Origin: Convolutriloba macropyga
Lineage: Eukaryota
Direction of reading: 5' to 3'
NCBI RefSeq assembly: GCF_964194025.1
Contig: NC_134468.1
Coordinates: forward strand, 86,552,001 to 86,616,000
Length of the DNA stretch: 64,000 nt
A model generated the notes under the pieces. That model searched no databases, had not been told where the DNA came from, and saw nothing but the letters and a program-made list of their open reading frames with translations. The translations under genes were made by a program, and so were the position numbers. Below, piece after piece: positions 14,157 to 26,906 of this stretch. Every line of letters starts with the position of its first letter. The first letter of the stretch is position 1.

Positions 14157-14368
14157 ATAGCAAAAAAATTAACCGCTAAATTTATTTATAATCTTTTTCC
14201 TTCTAGATAATACCGCGTGCCACTACTGAAAAATAGAAGACGTACCAAAATATTAAAATGCTGTCTATTTTGTATTTTCGGCTAAGCAGATTCGCTATAA
14301 TATTTTTGGTAGGCTCTATTTGTGCGCCAATCATCATGACACCTCTTCTCTTCATATGAAAAAGAAAC

Positions 14369-14557
14369 GAGATTTTCTTCCGTTTGTGACCCCCCTCCAC
14401 CCAGTTTAGTGGGCGCATTTTATTTGCAACCCCCCGACGCACATGCCTTTCTTACATGCTGATTTACTATGTAATGACTGTAACTGTGTGTGTGTGTGTG
14501 TGTGTGTGTGGGGGGGGGGGTGCATAACATACTGGGTCCACAAACGGAAAAGATTTT
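14369..14557 (-). mobile_element. MITE (TIR ~GATCTTTTCCGTTTGTG) containing a (TG)n/poly-G tract
   Basis: Ends GATTTTCTTCCGTTTGTG ... CACAAACGGAAAAGATT; internal sequence matches 29599-29778 and 31035-31203 in reverse; flanks AAAGAAAC/AAAAAAAC form a degenerate TSD. Confidence 0.8.
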
Positions 14558-14777
14558 AAAAAAAAACAATTCCTGTGGAGTGGTGAAGCAGTGCATTTGC
14601 AATTGGGGTCAAAGCAGAGAGGTGGGAGTCACAGCCGGACACTAAGGCCACGTGAACAGATCCATCACTTGTAGTCCCATCGCCCGTTTTTAATTGTGAC
14701 GTCACAGAAACCGCGTGGACATTACATTGCAGAGAAAAGATAGATAAAATTGTAAAATTCACTATATATTGGAGCAT
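14558..14777 (-). pseudogene. First exon of a UGT-like gene (signal peptide plus catalytic-His region), interrupted by a MITE
   Basis: MLQYIVNFTILSIFSLQCNVHA is signal-peptide-like. VHVALVSGCDSHLSALTPIANALLHHSTG resembles the GT1 N-terminus (strand, [GS]H, helix 'L.PIA.AL'). The stop codon falls at the MITE boundary. Confidence 0.5.
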
Positions 14778-15659
14778 TGAAGACGCTAAATCGAATATAT
14801 TAATGACAATATCTGCGAGAATATTATAATAGTTAAATATATTTAGAGAACTAAAGTGATAGCTAACGCAAGTTCCAAATATATTTGATCAATGATTATT
14901 TGAGCGATACATTATATCAATGATAAATATGAACTCATTAATAATTTGAAGCCAGCTATATGAAATTATAAACGTGACTCCTTCGAATTGTTTTACATAA
15001 CTTTCTTCTGAGATACTTTCAAGGCTTCGATTAAGTTGAAGGTCAAACGGAGTACAATCGAATATTGAATTTCATTTGAAGCAGTAAAATTGAATTCTGT
15101 TATGGGCTGCTTGATTGTATTTGATGTCTAGATCGCTTGGCGTTCAATAACATGCTTGGAATATTGTATTGTTTTGTGTCTCATTTGGTATGTGGTTTCA
15201 CTTAGTTGAAATTTCCATGATCAAGTCTTCTATTTATCAATTTATATAGACTTTATCATTTAGTAGATAAAAACGGATGAGTTTACAGAGAGTCATGTGT
15301 TTTTCGTTGTACAAAAAATTCAAGTAATTAGTTTGCTTAATAATTATCAAATAACATTAAATAATCAATTGGGGCTATAACTGATCTATAAATTGAGTTG
15401 ATTTATTTGAATCCCGCAAAATATATAAAATATGAAATATTTAAAATATTAAAATCTTGACGTCTTATGCGATCTGATGCGAAAAATTTCTAAATTCGTG
15501 CGTTCACGACAAACACGGTCGAGCAATGTTCTAAAATTTTTGTTAAAAGTAGCGAAAGGCGCTGTTTTCTAAAAATCAGCTCAAATTTGTTGCAAATTAA
15601 TGCGCTGGAAAAAGTTTATTGTATTCTTCAGTGGAACTTATGTTTCTCAGATCGAATGT

Positions 15660-16560
15660 CCTCCCTAAAATCCTCCCATTTTGTTGTATGAGTGGGGGTA
15701 AATTGTCTATGGGGGGTAGGTTGATGTAAGAGTGACAGGTAATTTGGTCGGGGTGTAAAATTATCTAAGAGTGGGGCTGCAATGGGACGATTTTGAGGAA
15801 CTATCCCCCCTGGCCAAAATTGCGACATACGTGTGGGCTGCAAGGGCTGCATTTGGGAGACTTTTGAGGAACTTTCCCTGGCAAAAATTGCAATGTTAGA
15901 GTGCGCCTCAATGAGCCGTATGGGCTGCAATGGTTGGAATTTTGAGGAATTCATCAGCTTGCAATAATTGCGTGTAAGAGTAGGCTGTAAAGGTCTGCAA
16001 TGGGAGGACTTTTGCCGAAATACCCCCTGGTCAAAATTGCGATTCGTGGGCTACAACGGAAAGATTTTCGAAGAATCAATTCCTGGCCAATGTTGCAATG
16101 AAATAGTGGACTGTAATAGTGGGAGGACTTTTGGGGATTTACAACTAACCAATGCTAAAATTGCGATGTAAGTGTGGGCTGCAATAGTAGGACTTTTGAT
16201 CAATTACTGTTGATCAGAGGGGGTAAAATGATGTAAAAATTGGGCTGCCAAGGGGTGTAAAATGATGTAAGAGTGAGGGATTAACTCTCTTACATCATTT
16301 TACACCTTGACAGCCCATTGTAGCCCAATAAGATGCGGCAGTTTTGAGCTGCGTTTTTCTAAATAAAACCTCCCATTGCACTCCCACTTTTACATCTTTT
16401 TGTGCGGAAATTTTTTACCCGGGTTACATTTGATAATTCACTGTGATGTTTGTTTTCAGTCACATGGCCTGAACAGCCTGTTGCGTTTTTCTTTAAAAAA
16501 ACCTCCCATTTAGCCTCCCATTTAGCCTCCCATTTAGCCTCCCATTTAGAAAGCCTCCCA
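15660..16560. mobile_element. Foldback-like repeat remnant with internal GGGCTGCAATGGGAGG subrepeats and a hairpin at 16242-16316
   Basis: Many degenerate GTGGGCTGCAATGGGAGGACTTTTG units; stem GGGCTG..GGTGTAAAATGATGTAAGAG / CTCTTACATCATTTTACACC..CAGCCC; (CCTCCCATTTAG)x4 at 16502-16549. Confidence 0.55.
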
Positions 16561-17495
16561 AGAAGTTAATAAGCACCGAGGGAAGCCTAGTTTCTGAATA
16601 ACTTTGAGACGCTGATAGCCAAAATGTGTCTGTTTTTAGTCAAATTTTACAATGATTAAAAAGTTGCAAGAGTTACATGACTCGTGACTTTGTGTAGTGG
16701 GACAGTTTTTCCGCCACTTTTCTCAGCACTCTTCGAGATGAAGCAGTAAGGAAACGAGCGGGACAATTTGTCTAATCTGGAGCATTTTTAGGCCAGGTTT
16801 CCAAACATTTGTTTTAATTATAGTACTGAAACAAGCTATCTGTAGTTTATTCAACTGTTGCCATCACAACCAGAGCTGATGAAAAAGCTGTCTCAAAACT
16901 CATTGTCACTACAACTTTTCTGGAAAGATGCTTAAGAAATTGTTCTGTTCTATCAATCATCCATCGCAAAACAGGAAAAAATTATAAAAACTACTGTCTA
17001 CTCTTCAAATGACTACTCTTAGGTCAACATCTCCCTTATAAAAGCCCTGGTTTAACAAATAAGCAATAAAAATCATTGCGAGAACAACAAAAACAGAAGA
17101 AATTTTCAAAATTTGATTTAATTTAATCAATTTTTTATTAAAAAAAGTGCTAAAAAAAACTCCAATCAATTCAAGAAGGCACCTAGAAGAAGTAACTTCA
17201 ACAATAAAGATTATCAACAAAAATTTTTGCTAACTCAGCAAAAAAAAAGTTTTTCACAGCTACGTTTCTCGTTCTCTCAGAATGATTTGTTCACAGAGAC
17301 AACTCTTGTCTCCCTTCTTTTGACTTCCGTTCAGTTGATTGATCTAAGCACTTTTTTAACGTTTGGCATTGACTTTGCATTCCTGTCTCGAGAACTAAAC
17401 CAATTTTTTTTTAAAAAAAAACAGAAGATCAGCTTAAATTCCTTTCGAAACGTATAAAAATATATTCGAAGATAGCCATAGGGACAACTGCAAAG

Positions 17496-17695
17496 NNNNN
17501 NNNNNNNNNNNNNNNNNNNNNNNNNNNNNNNNNNNNNNNNNNNNNNNNNNNNNNNNNNNNNNNNNNNNNNNNNNNNNNNNNNNNNNNNNNNNNNNNNNNN
17601 NNNNNNNNNNNNNNNNNNNNNNNNNNNNNNNNNNNNNNNNNNNNNNNNNNNNNNNNNNNNNNNNNNNNNNNNNNNNNNNNNNNNNNNNNNNNNNN
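17496..17695. other. Assembly gap (200 N)
   Basis: N run next to a (TG)n microsatellite. Confidence 1.
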
Positions 17696-17697
17696 TA

Positions 17698-17699
<2 letters not shown>

Positions 17700-17746
<47 letters not shown>
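17700..17746. repeat. (TG)n microsatellite
   Basis: About 23 TG units. Confidence 0.95.
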
Positions 17747-17748
<2 letters not shown>

Positions 17749-18487
17749 CAGAGCATCGCTATCACTAAAACCATATATTAGTGGAACATGCCGCACTCCC
17801 CCAGCCCTGTATAGATGATAACTTTGATCCCGAAATTTAATTTTTTCAGTAATAGCCGAAAGACTGAGAGAAGCGCTTTTAAAACAGCCTCCCAGAATGG
17901 GCCCGGGGGGGGGGGGTTGCAACAGAATAGATCCCAAGATCCCAACTTATTAATAGGAAAAAAAGATTTTCAAAAAATTTAAATATTCTAATTATTTATG
18001 TATCTTGATTCACTCTTCACAAATAGCAATTAAAATAAACGTAATAATCATTGAACACGTTTACCGAGTTCAGAATTTATTGCTTTTCAGCAAAACTTTG
18101 CTCAAATTTTTTTTAGACAACGGTTTGTTAAAATCATAAACCAATTTTGTGGAAATTTAAGAAGAGGAGCGACCTAATTCACAGCAAGGTTTATCTAAAC
18201 TCGTTTTTGGTCAGATTTCTGAACTCAGTTTTTGATGTTTTTATGTATCATTATATATCATTGAGTCAGCGCCCCAGCCTTTAATTAATATTGTGCTAAT
18301 TTATGGAATTTGGCGACAAAGGGCAAAACATTGTAAAATTACCAAAAGTATAATCGTTCCTTTGTCGCCATAACCCACACTTCAAGGCGCCCTTTTTACA
18401 AGCATTAAGACTTTTCGTTGAGGAGTTAGAGAGAAAATGGACCAAATACCGCAATTTTTTTTTGTAGGGGCGCCGGCTGGGAGGGCC

Positions 18488-18873
18488 TTAGTTAAATAAG
18501 CAAATATTCGAGGGCTTTACACAACCCTTTTCTTTCAAATTGGAGTTACAAGTTGTCCAATTTCCAGGTTCGGCCCCACAGACCCGCCTGTAATTCTCGT
18601 TCAGAAACATCGCCTCATTTTCTTGCAACCCGGGTGGGTGATAGTGACACGTGACCCAAGTTTTCCCGTTGTTGCGACACTTGGACATTCCACAGCCCAC
18701 TTTGGTCGTTTTGGCCCAGAGTATCTGGACTACACTGTCAATCTTTGAGGTGCTATTTGGTGATGTGCAGTTTTTGTAGTCTTTATCTTCACCGGGAAAA
18801 GAGTAATCCTTCAGCTGACTGTAAAAGTTGTCAAAACCACATTTGGGCTGGCAAAATTTACGAACGTCATTTC
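18488..18873 (-). CDS. CAP/SCP (CRISP/antigen 5/PR-1) domain protein, terminal exon
   Basis: Acceptor GTTTTAG then an open frame NDVRKFCQPKCGFDNFYSQLKDYSFP...DSVVQILWAKTTKVGCGMSKCRNNGKTWVTCHYHPPG..., matching the CAP signatures QxxWxxTxxVGC and CxYxPxG; Cys-rich tail; stop at 18488. Confidence 0.88.
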
Positions 18874-19202
18874 CTAAAACTTTTTTTTATAAGTCTGAAT
18901 AAAAAAAGCAACTTAGTTAGGGTAAAAAAACAGTGGTAAAAAGCGTCCAACAAGTACGCTGGCAAAACGAGTACTTAAAGTAGTCGCTCCTTCTACTTTA
19001 AAGCACGTACAGGATACAGCTCTTGCTACGATATAATGATCAGCTACAAACATTCTGACAGTTGAGAAAATTTTGAAAATATCTGAGGTTAATTTCTCCT
19101 GAGAAGTTCAAATTTTCATCCTCAAAAACATTTTTGAAGTACAAGAAAATCGAGAAAAATCGAGCTTTTTTCTAAATTGCTGCAAACTTTATATACATTC
19201 AT

Positions 19203-20640
19203 AACAAGGAGGCTTGGTTATGTGCGTCTGCATATAACGTTCTGATCTCGCTCAACCAGATTTTCGACTTAATTGTCTGCCAAACGAGGAAGGGATAGAA
19301 AAATTCAAAAACCCGAACTACTAAAAACCTTTAATAATGCTTAATTAATGAGTTGATGATAACTGCTATTAAAGAAATAGGCAGACAACAATACCAAATA
19401 AAAACACCAAGCCTATTACGATCTAAACTCAATGCCTCTCTGTTTTTTTAAATCTGAATAGCAAAGTCAAATTGGCATCAGATAAAAACTAAATTAGACA
19501 AACTTGACTTGCATTTCACCAGAAAAAACATAGGACCAGTCTTTATTGAGAATAAATAACATGTGGACATTTAGACAAAAACAAAAAGGCAAAATACATT
19601 TATACTTGAAATCAAATAATTTCAAAGAGATAAAAAACATCAGCTATCAACTGAAAACATTAAATGAGCAAGCTCATTTTTTACCTCCAATAAATCATTG
19701 AGACCATTGATTATCCAGATTGTCTTAAGAATATGAAAAGAACAAATATGGGCAAAATCAAAAAATCGATTACTGCAACAAAACGTTGTCGAATGCCTTA
19801 AAATCATAATCTGATCACTGAAAACATTAAAAATATCAGCTGCACCTTTTTCAAAACGATCAATGTGATAAAAGTGTCCGAATATAAAAATATTTTTGAA
19901 AAGTCATTTTAATTTCGGAGCCGAAAAACCATTCTTCAAACAAACAATGCAATGAAGACAATATTCTAACTCCTTTGAAAAAGGCACCTCTCGGTTTGCT
20001 AAAACAACGTTACAAGGTGACAAGAGGGAGACAAAATTTGCAAATTAAAAAACATTAATTTTTTGAAAACAATTTTTCAAAAGAACATAGGGATTAGCAA
20101 CCCTGTGCTTTCAAAATGAAACAAGATGATATGGTGATATGGACATCTCAAAATAGACCTCATCATTGTAGATGATGATAGTGAAAGCAATTTGTTGGTC
20201 AGTAAGACCGGTTAACTGGGAAAAACGTTTTAAATAAGCATATATGGCGCCAAAAATGAAAAATATTATAAATATTCAAAAATTTAGGCAAAATTGTAGC
20301 TAAAGGAGTTGTTTCAAACACTTCAGCATCTCTCTTTCATCTTAAAATTCAAAGCAAATGAGACTATCGTTTCTAATTTTATAGTAGTTTTGGCAAACAA
20401 GAATAAAATTTTCAAGCAAATTTCGAATATTACGAGAAATGTAATCAAAACAAGTCAAGTCAGCTTTTCGTTCACAAAATTTCTTGAAATTCAAAAAAGT
20501 CATTTCAGGTTCATGTTTTACGTTTGACAAAATTTGCACCACTCAAAACTCTGCACAATAAATATATCGGTCGCCAAAAATCGACCGAACAAAAACCCAA
20601 TTGAGGATATATTTGGTCGGAACAAAGTTGGTCGGAACAA
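19203..20640 (-). mobile_element. HINE-like element, diverged copy
   Basis: AACAAGGAGGCTTGG...GTTCTGATC at the left end; AATATATCGGTCGCCAAAAATCGACCGAACAAAAACCCAATTGAG...GGTCGGAACAA at the right end, homologous to 41768-41859 and 49659-49757. Confidence 0.65.
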
Positions 20641-23516
20641 ATATAGATCAATTGTAACTTGGAATTTACTGGAGAAATAGTGCGTGGACAGCAGTCTCTT
20701 GACCAACAAATCTGTCTAATGTTCAGTGATTTTTTTGTTTATTGGTATTACGCCTTTAACTTATAACACCCTACAATTTATGACGCAAAATCAACTTGAT
20801 TAATTCAAAAAAAAAATTCTGATTTTGTTTTTATTTTTAAGCCACCATTGCTCTGATGTTTCAAAGTTGGTTTTGCCAACATCTTCTTTCAAGGAGTTTT
20901 AAAGCCAGTTGAGGCGACAACAAAAAACGAGTCTAGTTCCTGCTACAACAGTGGAAAAAAAAAGATTTCAGACCTCGTTAGAATAGCTTTCATGCTACTT
21001 GCTCAAAAAAGTGGTGATGAGTATTATAAGCAACGAATTGCTAATCTCGAACATTTTCATTAAACCACATTTGGTGGCCTCGCAGAAGCGGAGAAGAGCT
21101 GAAAAACGGTTTTGAAGAACCTTATGGCTTTTAATATCACTTGCTGGCCTTAGGTAGGCAATTCAATTTTTCACTCAATTAATAATTTATAAAAATAGGT
21201 GGATTGAACATCGTCGGGCGGAATTGAGTTTGTTAATGGTTAACATTTCTTTCTTGTTTCATTTATACTGTCGCATCGTAGCATTGGGTTCCCTATCTCA
21301 GTTTCAAAAAGGCTGGAAATTAATGTGCGTTCGGGCATAGTATTTCAACGCATCAATTGAAAAAAGTTTTAAAATAGTTTGAAAACATGTAAACTGTTTT
21401 TCCAAGATGTAGATTCTGTTTTATTCACTGGACATAATTATACACCTGCTTAATGAAGAAAATGATCAAGATTTGTCATAACAGCTGCAGTGTTCTCAAT
21501 TCCGAAAAAAAAGAGAACTTATTATTGTGACCATTTTTTATTCCCAGTTTTCCGGCATTCAAGTGTGAACACCAATACCTAATTAGAAGAGTTGAAAAAA
21601 TTGAAGAAGTTCAGTGAAAGCGAGTGACAGTCAAATGGAAAACCAGTAGCCTTGTACTCAATACAATAAGCAAGGCAATATGACGAATGTTTAGTGGACA
21701 ATTACTGGACCAAAGGATGAGAGTAAAAAATTGCTGTATTTTAGCTATTTCTATAAGTTTATATATCCCATAAAATCTTATATGTTCCCATAAACTATTC
21801 CTATAGGAACTAATAGCGCAAGTTCTTTTTCCTTGATTCATCAAAAAATTCAGAACTTGTGATGAATAACTCTGGCAGCAAAATGCAAGTCAGTTTTGAA
21901 ACCAAGAAAATCTTTTTAAAGTACGAAAAAGTAGTTTGAAGAGCCTCCTTACAGGACAAAGTTATGTATATTTGTAGAAAAATTCTTTTTGACTTAAATC
22001 AATATATTTTGTTGTTTTCATGTTAGTTTGGTTTTAGGTTGATACAATTTAAAGAATTTTAGTTCTATTGGGGCGCTGTCGTCTTACGCCTCGAAGAGGG
22101 AGTTCTAGGGGCATGTTTTTTTTCAATCAATAACTATTGAATAAATTTGAAACAAGAATTGAATTGCCGTACATGCTACAATTTGTATTGACGTGACTGA
22201 TGAACAAAGTTGCAGAGTGGGTAGCGGTAAAAGAACCCGCAGTTTTTGAGAGAGCGAGAACTTGACGTGAAAACAGTTTCCTCCCAGCAATTGCAAAATT
22301 TTGTTAACGTGCTGCTCTTTCAAGCACCCGTTTTAACATTTTTTTTTGCTGTAGAAAATTTACTAAAAATAATTAAAATTTGTTTTGCACGTGTTTCAAT
22401 GTTTTTGATTATTATAGAGAATTTTAAGCTAATTTGAAGGTTTTTGATTTTATTTGTGGCTTTTTTCCGGCTTGTTTAGTGCTTTTTTGCCAGCTGTTTC
22501 AATTTATTGCATTTGTTGGGAATTAAACGTACGCCTGAAATCCAGATCCTTTTTGAATACGAATTGGTTGCATTTTTGCTCATAAAAATCAGTTTACTGT
22601 TCAGAAATATAACAAAATAGCTGGCAGATTGCCAGAAAACAGCTGCAATATCTTCGTAGATCTGCAGTCTAAAAAAACAAAAATAAAAGACATACCAAAA
22701 AAATTTGTCTTTTCATTGAAGGCTGATATGTTATAATTTGATTAAAAATCTGTATAAGTTTTTGCTGCCTCTATTAGTTGCTCTCTAATAACCTTCATTT
22801 AGAGTGACACAAACCCATTTGACCTCATCTCTTTGAATTAAAGTAAATAAAAGTCAATTTCAAAGTGAGGAAGCCCTTTTTGTGAGTGAGGTAAGTCAAG
22901 TGTGACCAAAAATTCAATCGAGCAAATGAACAAAAAAACTCGCTCTACTAAGAAGAGCGAAAAGTGACGTCACGCATGCACTTCAGTTGAAATTGCATGA
23001 GCGAATGAACAGAAAGCAGATTTTAAGTGGTTTTGAGGTCATATGGTGGCAACAGAAATGGCGACGAAAAAATAAAAAACCAAGAGAAGGCCAATAATTG
23101 CCCCAGCTATCGGTGTGCGGCTATTAAAAAATTTTTCAAATATTTTAACTACTTTTTTATTTTGTTCAGGTTTTCTATTTTGACTCAATTTCGAAAAATC
23201 TGGGAATTTTTAATGTCAATAATATTGAGCCCTCAACAATTTAATGTTCTTCAGTGCCTCAACTTAAGTTTTCGTTTTTAAAGAAGAATTAATCATACAT
23301 ATTTTAAATTTTCGTTTCAAACTGTTTTTCGGCTGAATTTTTCATTGATATTTGACGTTAGATCGCTTTGGATGCTCAATGCTCTTTGTCTGATAGATGA
23401 TATTTTTCAGAGGTTAAATTTTTTGCACTGAAGATTCTTCGAGTCGCTTCCCGAATTCTTAAGACTAAGTTTTTTTTAGGATCTGTTAAACCACTTTCAA
23501 TATGTTTGAAGACATA

Positions 23517-26239
23517 TTGAAATGATTTTGGTGATGCCCTAACAGCAAGTAGAGCGCAAAACTAGTGGTCTCGTGACGTGAATTTTGTTCACTCCTATTT
23601 CAAATTAGAGTGAAAAAACCGTGTTTTGAAAAAAAAATGGTTTTCTCTATGCTAGTTTTTTTGTGCATATGCATCAATTGGACCTCAAATTTTTGCTATT
23701 TCTTTCAAAGTGAGTTTCCCCTGTCCATTCTAGTTCTGTTCTTTTGTTTATTAAAAAAGTTCTAGGGAATGTGTCAGGACTTGTCCTGCTATGTTTTTAA
23801 TTTTGCTCGCCAAGAAAAACAACAAAGTGTGAAAAATCTTTAACACTAATTCAACTAAATGAAACATTTGCTGTCAAACAAAAAGTGGCTTCTTGGTAGG
23901 TCGTTGTAATTTAGGCGCTGGAAAGAATCTGTTTACTAAGCATTGTTCAGCACTTAAAGCTCTCCGGAATGTTCTGAGTGTTGGAAAACGCGGGGAAAAA
24001 ACCGATAAAAACTGATGTTGTTTTATCTTTTTCACATGGATAAAGTGAATTTGTTATTTTACATTTTCAAACAATTGAAACATGTATTGGATGGGAAAGT
24101 GGCAGAAATAGACGCATAGACATTTTTAAAAATCTGAAAAGTTCAGAATTTTTAAAAAAGCTGTTCACAGAAAGATTGAAAATTATCTGAGTATTTTGTT
24201 GAAATGATTTTGATCAGGCCCAAACAGCAAGTAGAGCGCAAAACTAGTGGTCTCGTGACGTGAATTTTGTTCACTCCTATTTCAAGTTAGAGTGAAAAAA
24301 CCGTGTTTTGAGAAAAAATTGGTTTTCTCTATGCTAGTTTTTTTGTGCATATGCGTCAACTGGACCTCAAATTTTTTTTCTATTTCTTTCAAAGTGAGTT
24401 TCCCCTGTCCATTCTAGTTCTGTTCTTTTGTTTATTAAAAAAGTTCTATGGAATGTGTCAGGACTTGTCCTGCTATGTTTTTAATTTTGCTCGCCAAGAA
24501 AAACAACAAAGTGTGAAAAATCTTTAACACTAATTCAACTAAATGAAACATTTGCTGTCAAACAAAAAGTGGCTTCTTGGTAGGTCGTTGTATTTTAGGC
24601 GCTAGAAAGAATCTGTTTACTAAGCATTGTTCAGCACTTAAAGCTCTCCGGAATGTTCTAAGTGTTGGAAAACGCGGGAAAAAAACCGATAAAAACTGAT
24701 GTTGTTTTATCTTTTTCACATAGATAAAGTGAATTTGTTATTTTACATTTTCAAACAATTGAAACATGTATTGGATGGGAAAGTGGCAGAAATAGACGCA
24801 TAGACATTTTTAAAAATCTGAAATGTTCAGAATTTTTAAAAAAGCTGTTCACAGAAAGATTGAAAATTATCTGAGTATTTTGTTGAAATGATTTTGGTCA
24901 GGCCCAAACAGCAAGTAGAGCGCAAACTAGTGGTCTCGTGACGTGAATTTTGTTCACTCCTATTTCAAATTAGAGTGAAAAAACCGTGTTTTGAACAAAA
25001 ATGGTTTTCTCTATGCTAGTTTTTTTGTGCATATGCATCAATTGGACCTCAAATTTTTGCTATTTCTTTCAAAGTGAGTTTCCCCTGTCCATTCTAGTTC
25101 TGTTCTTTTGTTTATTAAAAAAGTTCTATGGAATGTGTCAGGACTTGTCCTGCTATGTTTTTAATTTTGCTCGCCAAGAAAAACAACAAAGTGTGAAAAA
25201 TCTTTAACACTAATTCAACTAAATGAAACATTTGCTGTCAAACAAAAAGTGGCTTCTTGGTAGGTCGTTGTATTTTAGGCGCTAGAAAAAATCTGTTTAC
25301 TAAGCATTGTTCAGCACTTAAACCTCTCCGGAATGTTCTGAGTGTTGGAAAACGCGGGGAAAAAACCGATAAAAACTGATGTTGTTTTATCTTTTTCACA
25401 TGGATAAAGTGAATTTGTTATTTTACATTTTCAAACAATTGAAACATGTATTGGATGGGAAAGTGGCAGAAATAGACGCATAGACATTTTTAAAAATCTG
25501 AAAAGTTCAGAATTTTTAAAAAAGCTGTTCACAGAAAGATTGAAAATTATCTGAGTATTTTGTTGAAATGATTTTGGTCAGGCCCAAACAGCAAGTAGAG
25601 CGCAAAACTAGTGGTCTCGTGACGTGAATTTTGTTCACTCCTATTTCAAATTAGAGTGAAAAAACCGTGTTTTGAGAAAAAATTGGTTTTCTCTATGTTA
25701 GTTTTTTTGTGCATATGCGTCAATTGGACCTCAAATTTTTGCTATTTCTTTCAAAGTGAGTTTCCCCTGTCCATTCTAGTTCTGTTCTTTTGTTTATTAA
25801 AAAAGTTCTATGGAATGTGTCAGGACTTGTCCTGCTATGTTTTTAATTTTGCTCGCCAAGAAAAACAACAAAGTGTGAAAAATCTTTAACGCTAATTCAA
25901 CTAAATGAAACATTTGCTGTCAAACAAAAAGTGGCTTCTTGGTAGGTCGTTGTAATTTAGGCGCTGGAAAGAATCTGTTTACTAAGCATTGTTCAGCACT
26001 TAAAGCTCTCCGGAATGTTCTGAGTGTTGGAAAACGCGGGGAAAAAACCGATAAAAACTGATGTTGTTTTATCTTTTTCACATGGATAAAGTGAATTTGT
26101 TATTTTACATTTTCAAACAATTGAAACATGTATTGGATGGGAAAGTGGCAGAAATAGACGCATAGACATTTTTAAAAATCTGAAAAGTTCAGAATTTTTA
26201 AAAAAGCTGTTCACAGAAAGATTCAAAATCATCTGAGTA
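23517..26239. repeat. Tandem repeat, 4 near-identical copies of a ~682-bp unit
   Basis: Marker GTAGAGCGCAAA at 23549, 24231, 24915 and 25595. The unit is homologous to dispersed sequence at ~59150-59600. Confidence 0.97.
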
Positions 26240-26862
26240 AAAATTTTTGTGTATGGTTTTTTTTGGTTTTACGATATAATCGAAAAAACCAATCCTCTCC
26301 TCCTGATGATAACACTTTTGCATCTCAGAAACTGAAGTCCAAGTACCAATTTTTTGAACAAAATTTTTTTTTGGGAAGGTGTAAATTCCTCAACTTTCAG
26401 TTAAAATTGAAAGGTTGGAACAAAAATAAACGGTAAAATTCTTTCCTCGCTTTTATAAAGTATTTTACTTATAGTGTTTGCAAAATAAATAAGTGACATT
26501 CCACCAATAGTGTCTTTGTTGTTGCCATGTAGAGCCCCTTGATGTAAGCAATGAATTTTTCCTGTAACATCAGTCTCGTTAACTTCACTATTTTAAATTA
26601 TGTTGTAAACAAGTAAAGGTGTTTTGCAAAGTATTTTTCCTGCTACTTTATTTCTGAATCAGTTCTTTCTGAGCATGTAACTTTTTGGAAAATTTTTAAG
26701 AAACAATATTGATAAAACACCTAGCTACAAATAACTTGCAGTAAGCTATATCGAGGAAAAAATTCAATTTTCCCAGTTTTTAATCGGAATAATCTGAAAA
26801 CTCAAAAAATCGCCTCTTGGCCTTTTTATGGAAAAGAAAACTAATTTCATATGAAAAAAAAT

Positions 26863-26906
26863 TTCACCGCTTCTATTCCACCGCTTCTATTTCACCGCTT
26901 CTATTC
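26863..26906. repeat. 14-bp minisatellite x3 (TTCACCGCTTCTAT)
   Basis: Read directly from the sequence. Confidence 0.85.

Noticed and set aside
17434-17937. ORFs spanning N gaps (also 28790-29248)
   Set aside because: Artefacts of N runs and microsatellites.
24345-25889. Three near-identical short ORFs
   Set aside because: By-products of the 682-bp tandem repeat; no domain, and the first unit has a TAG in the same frame.
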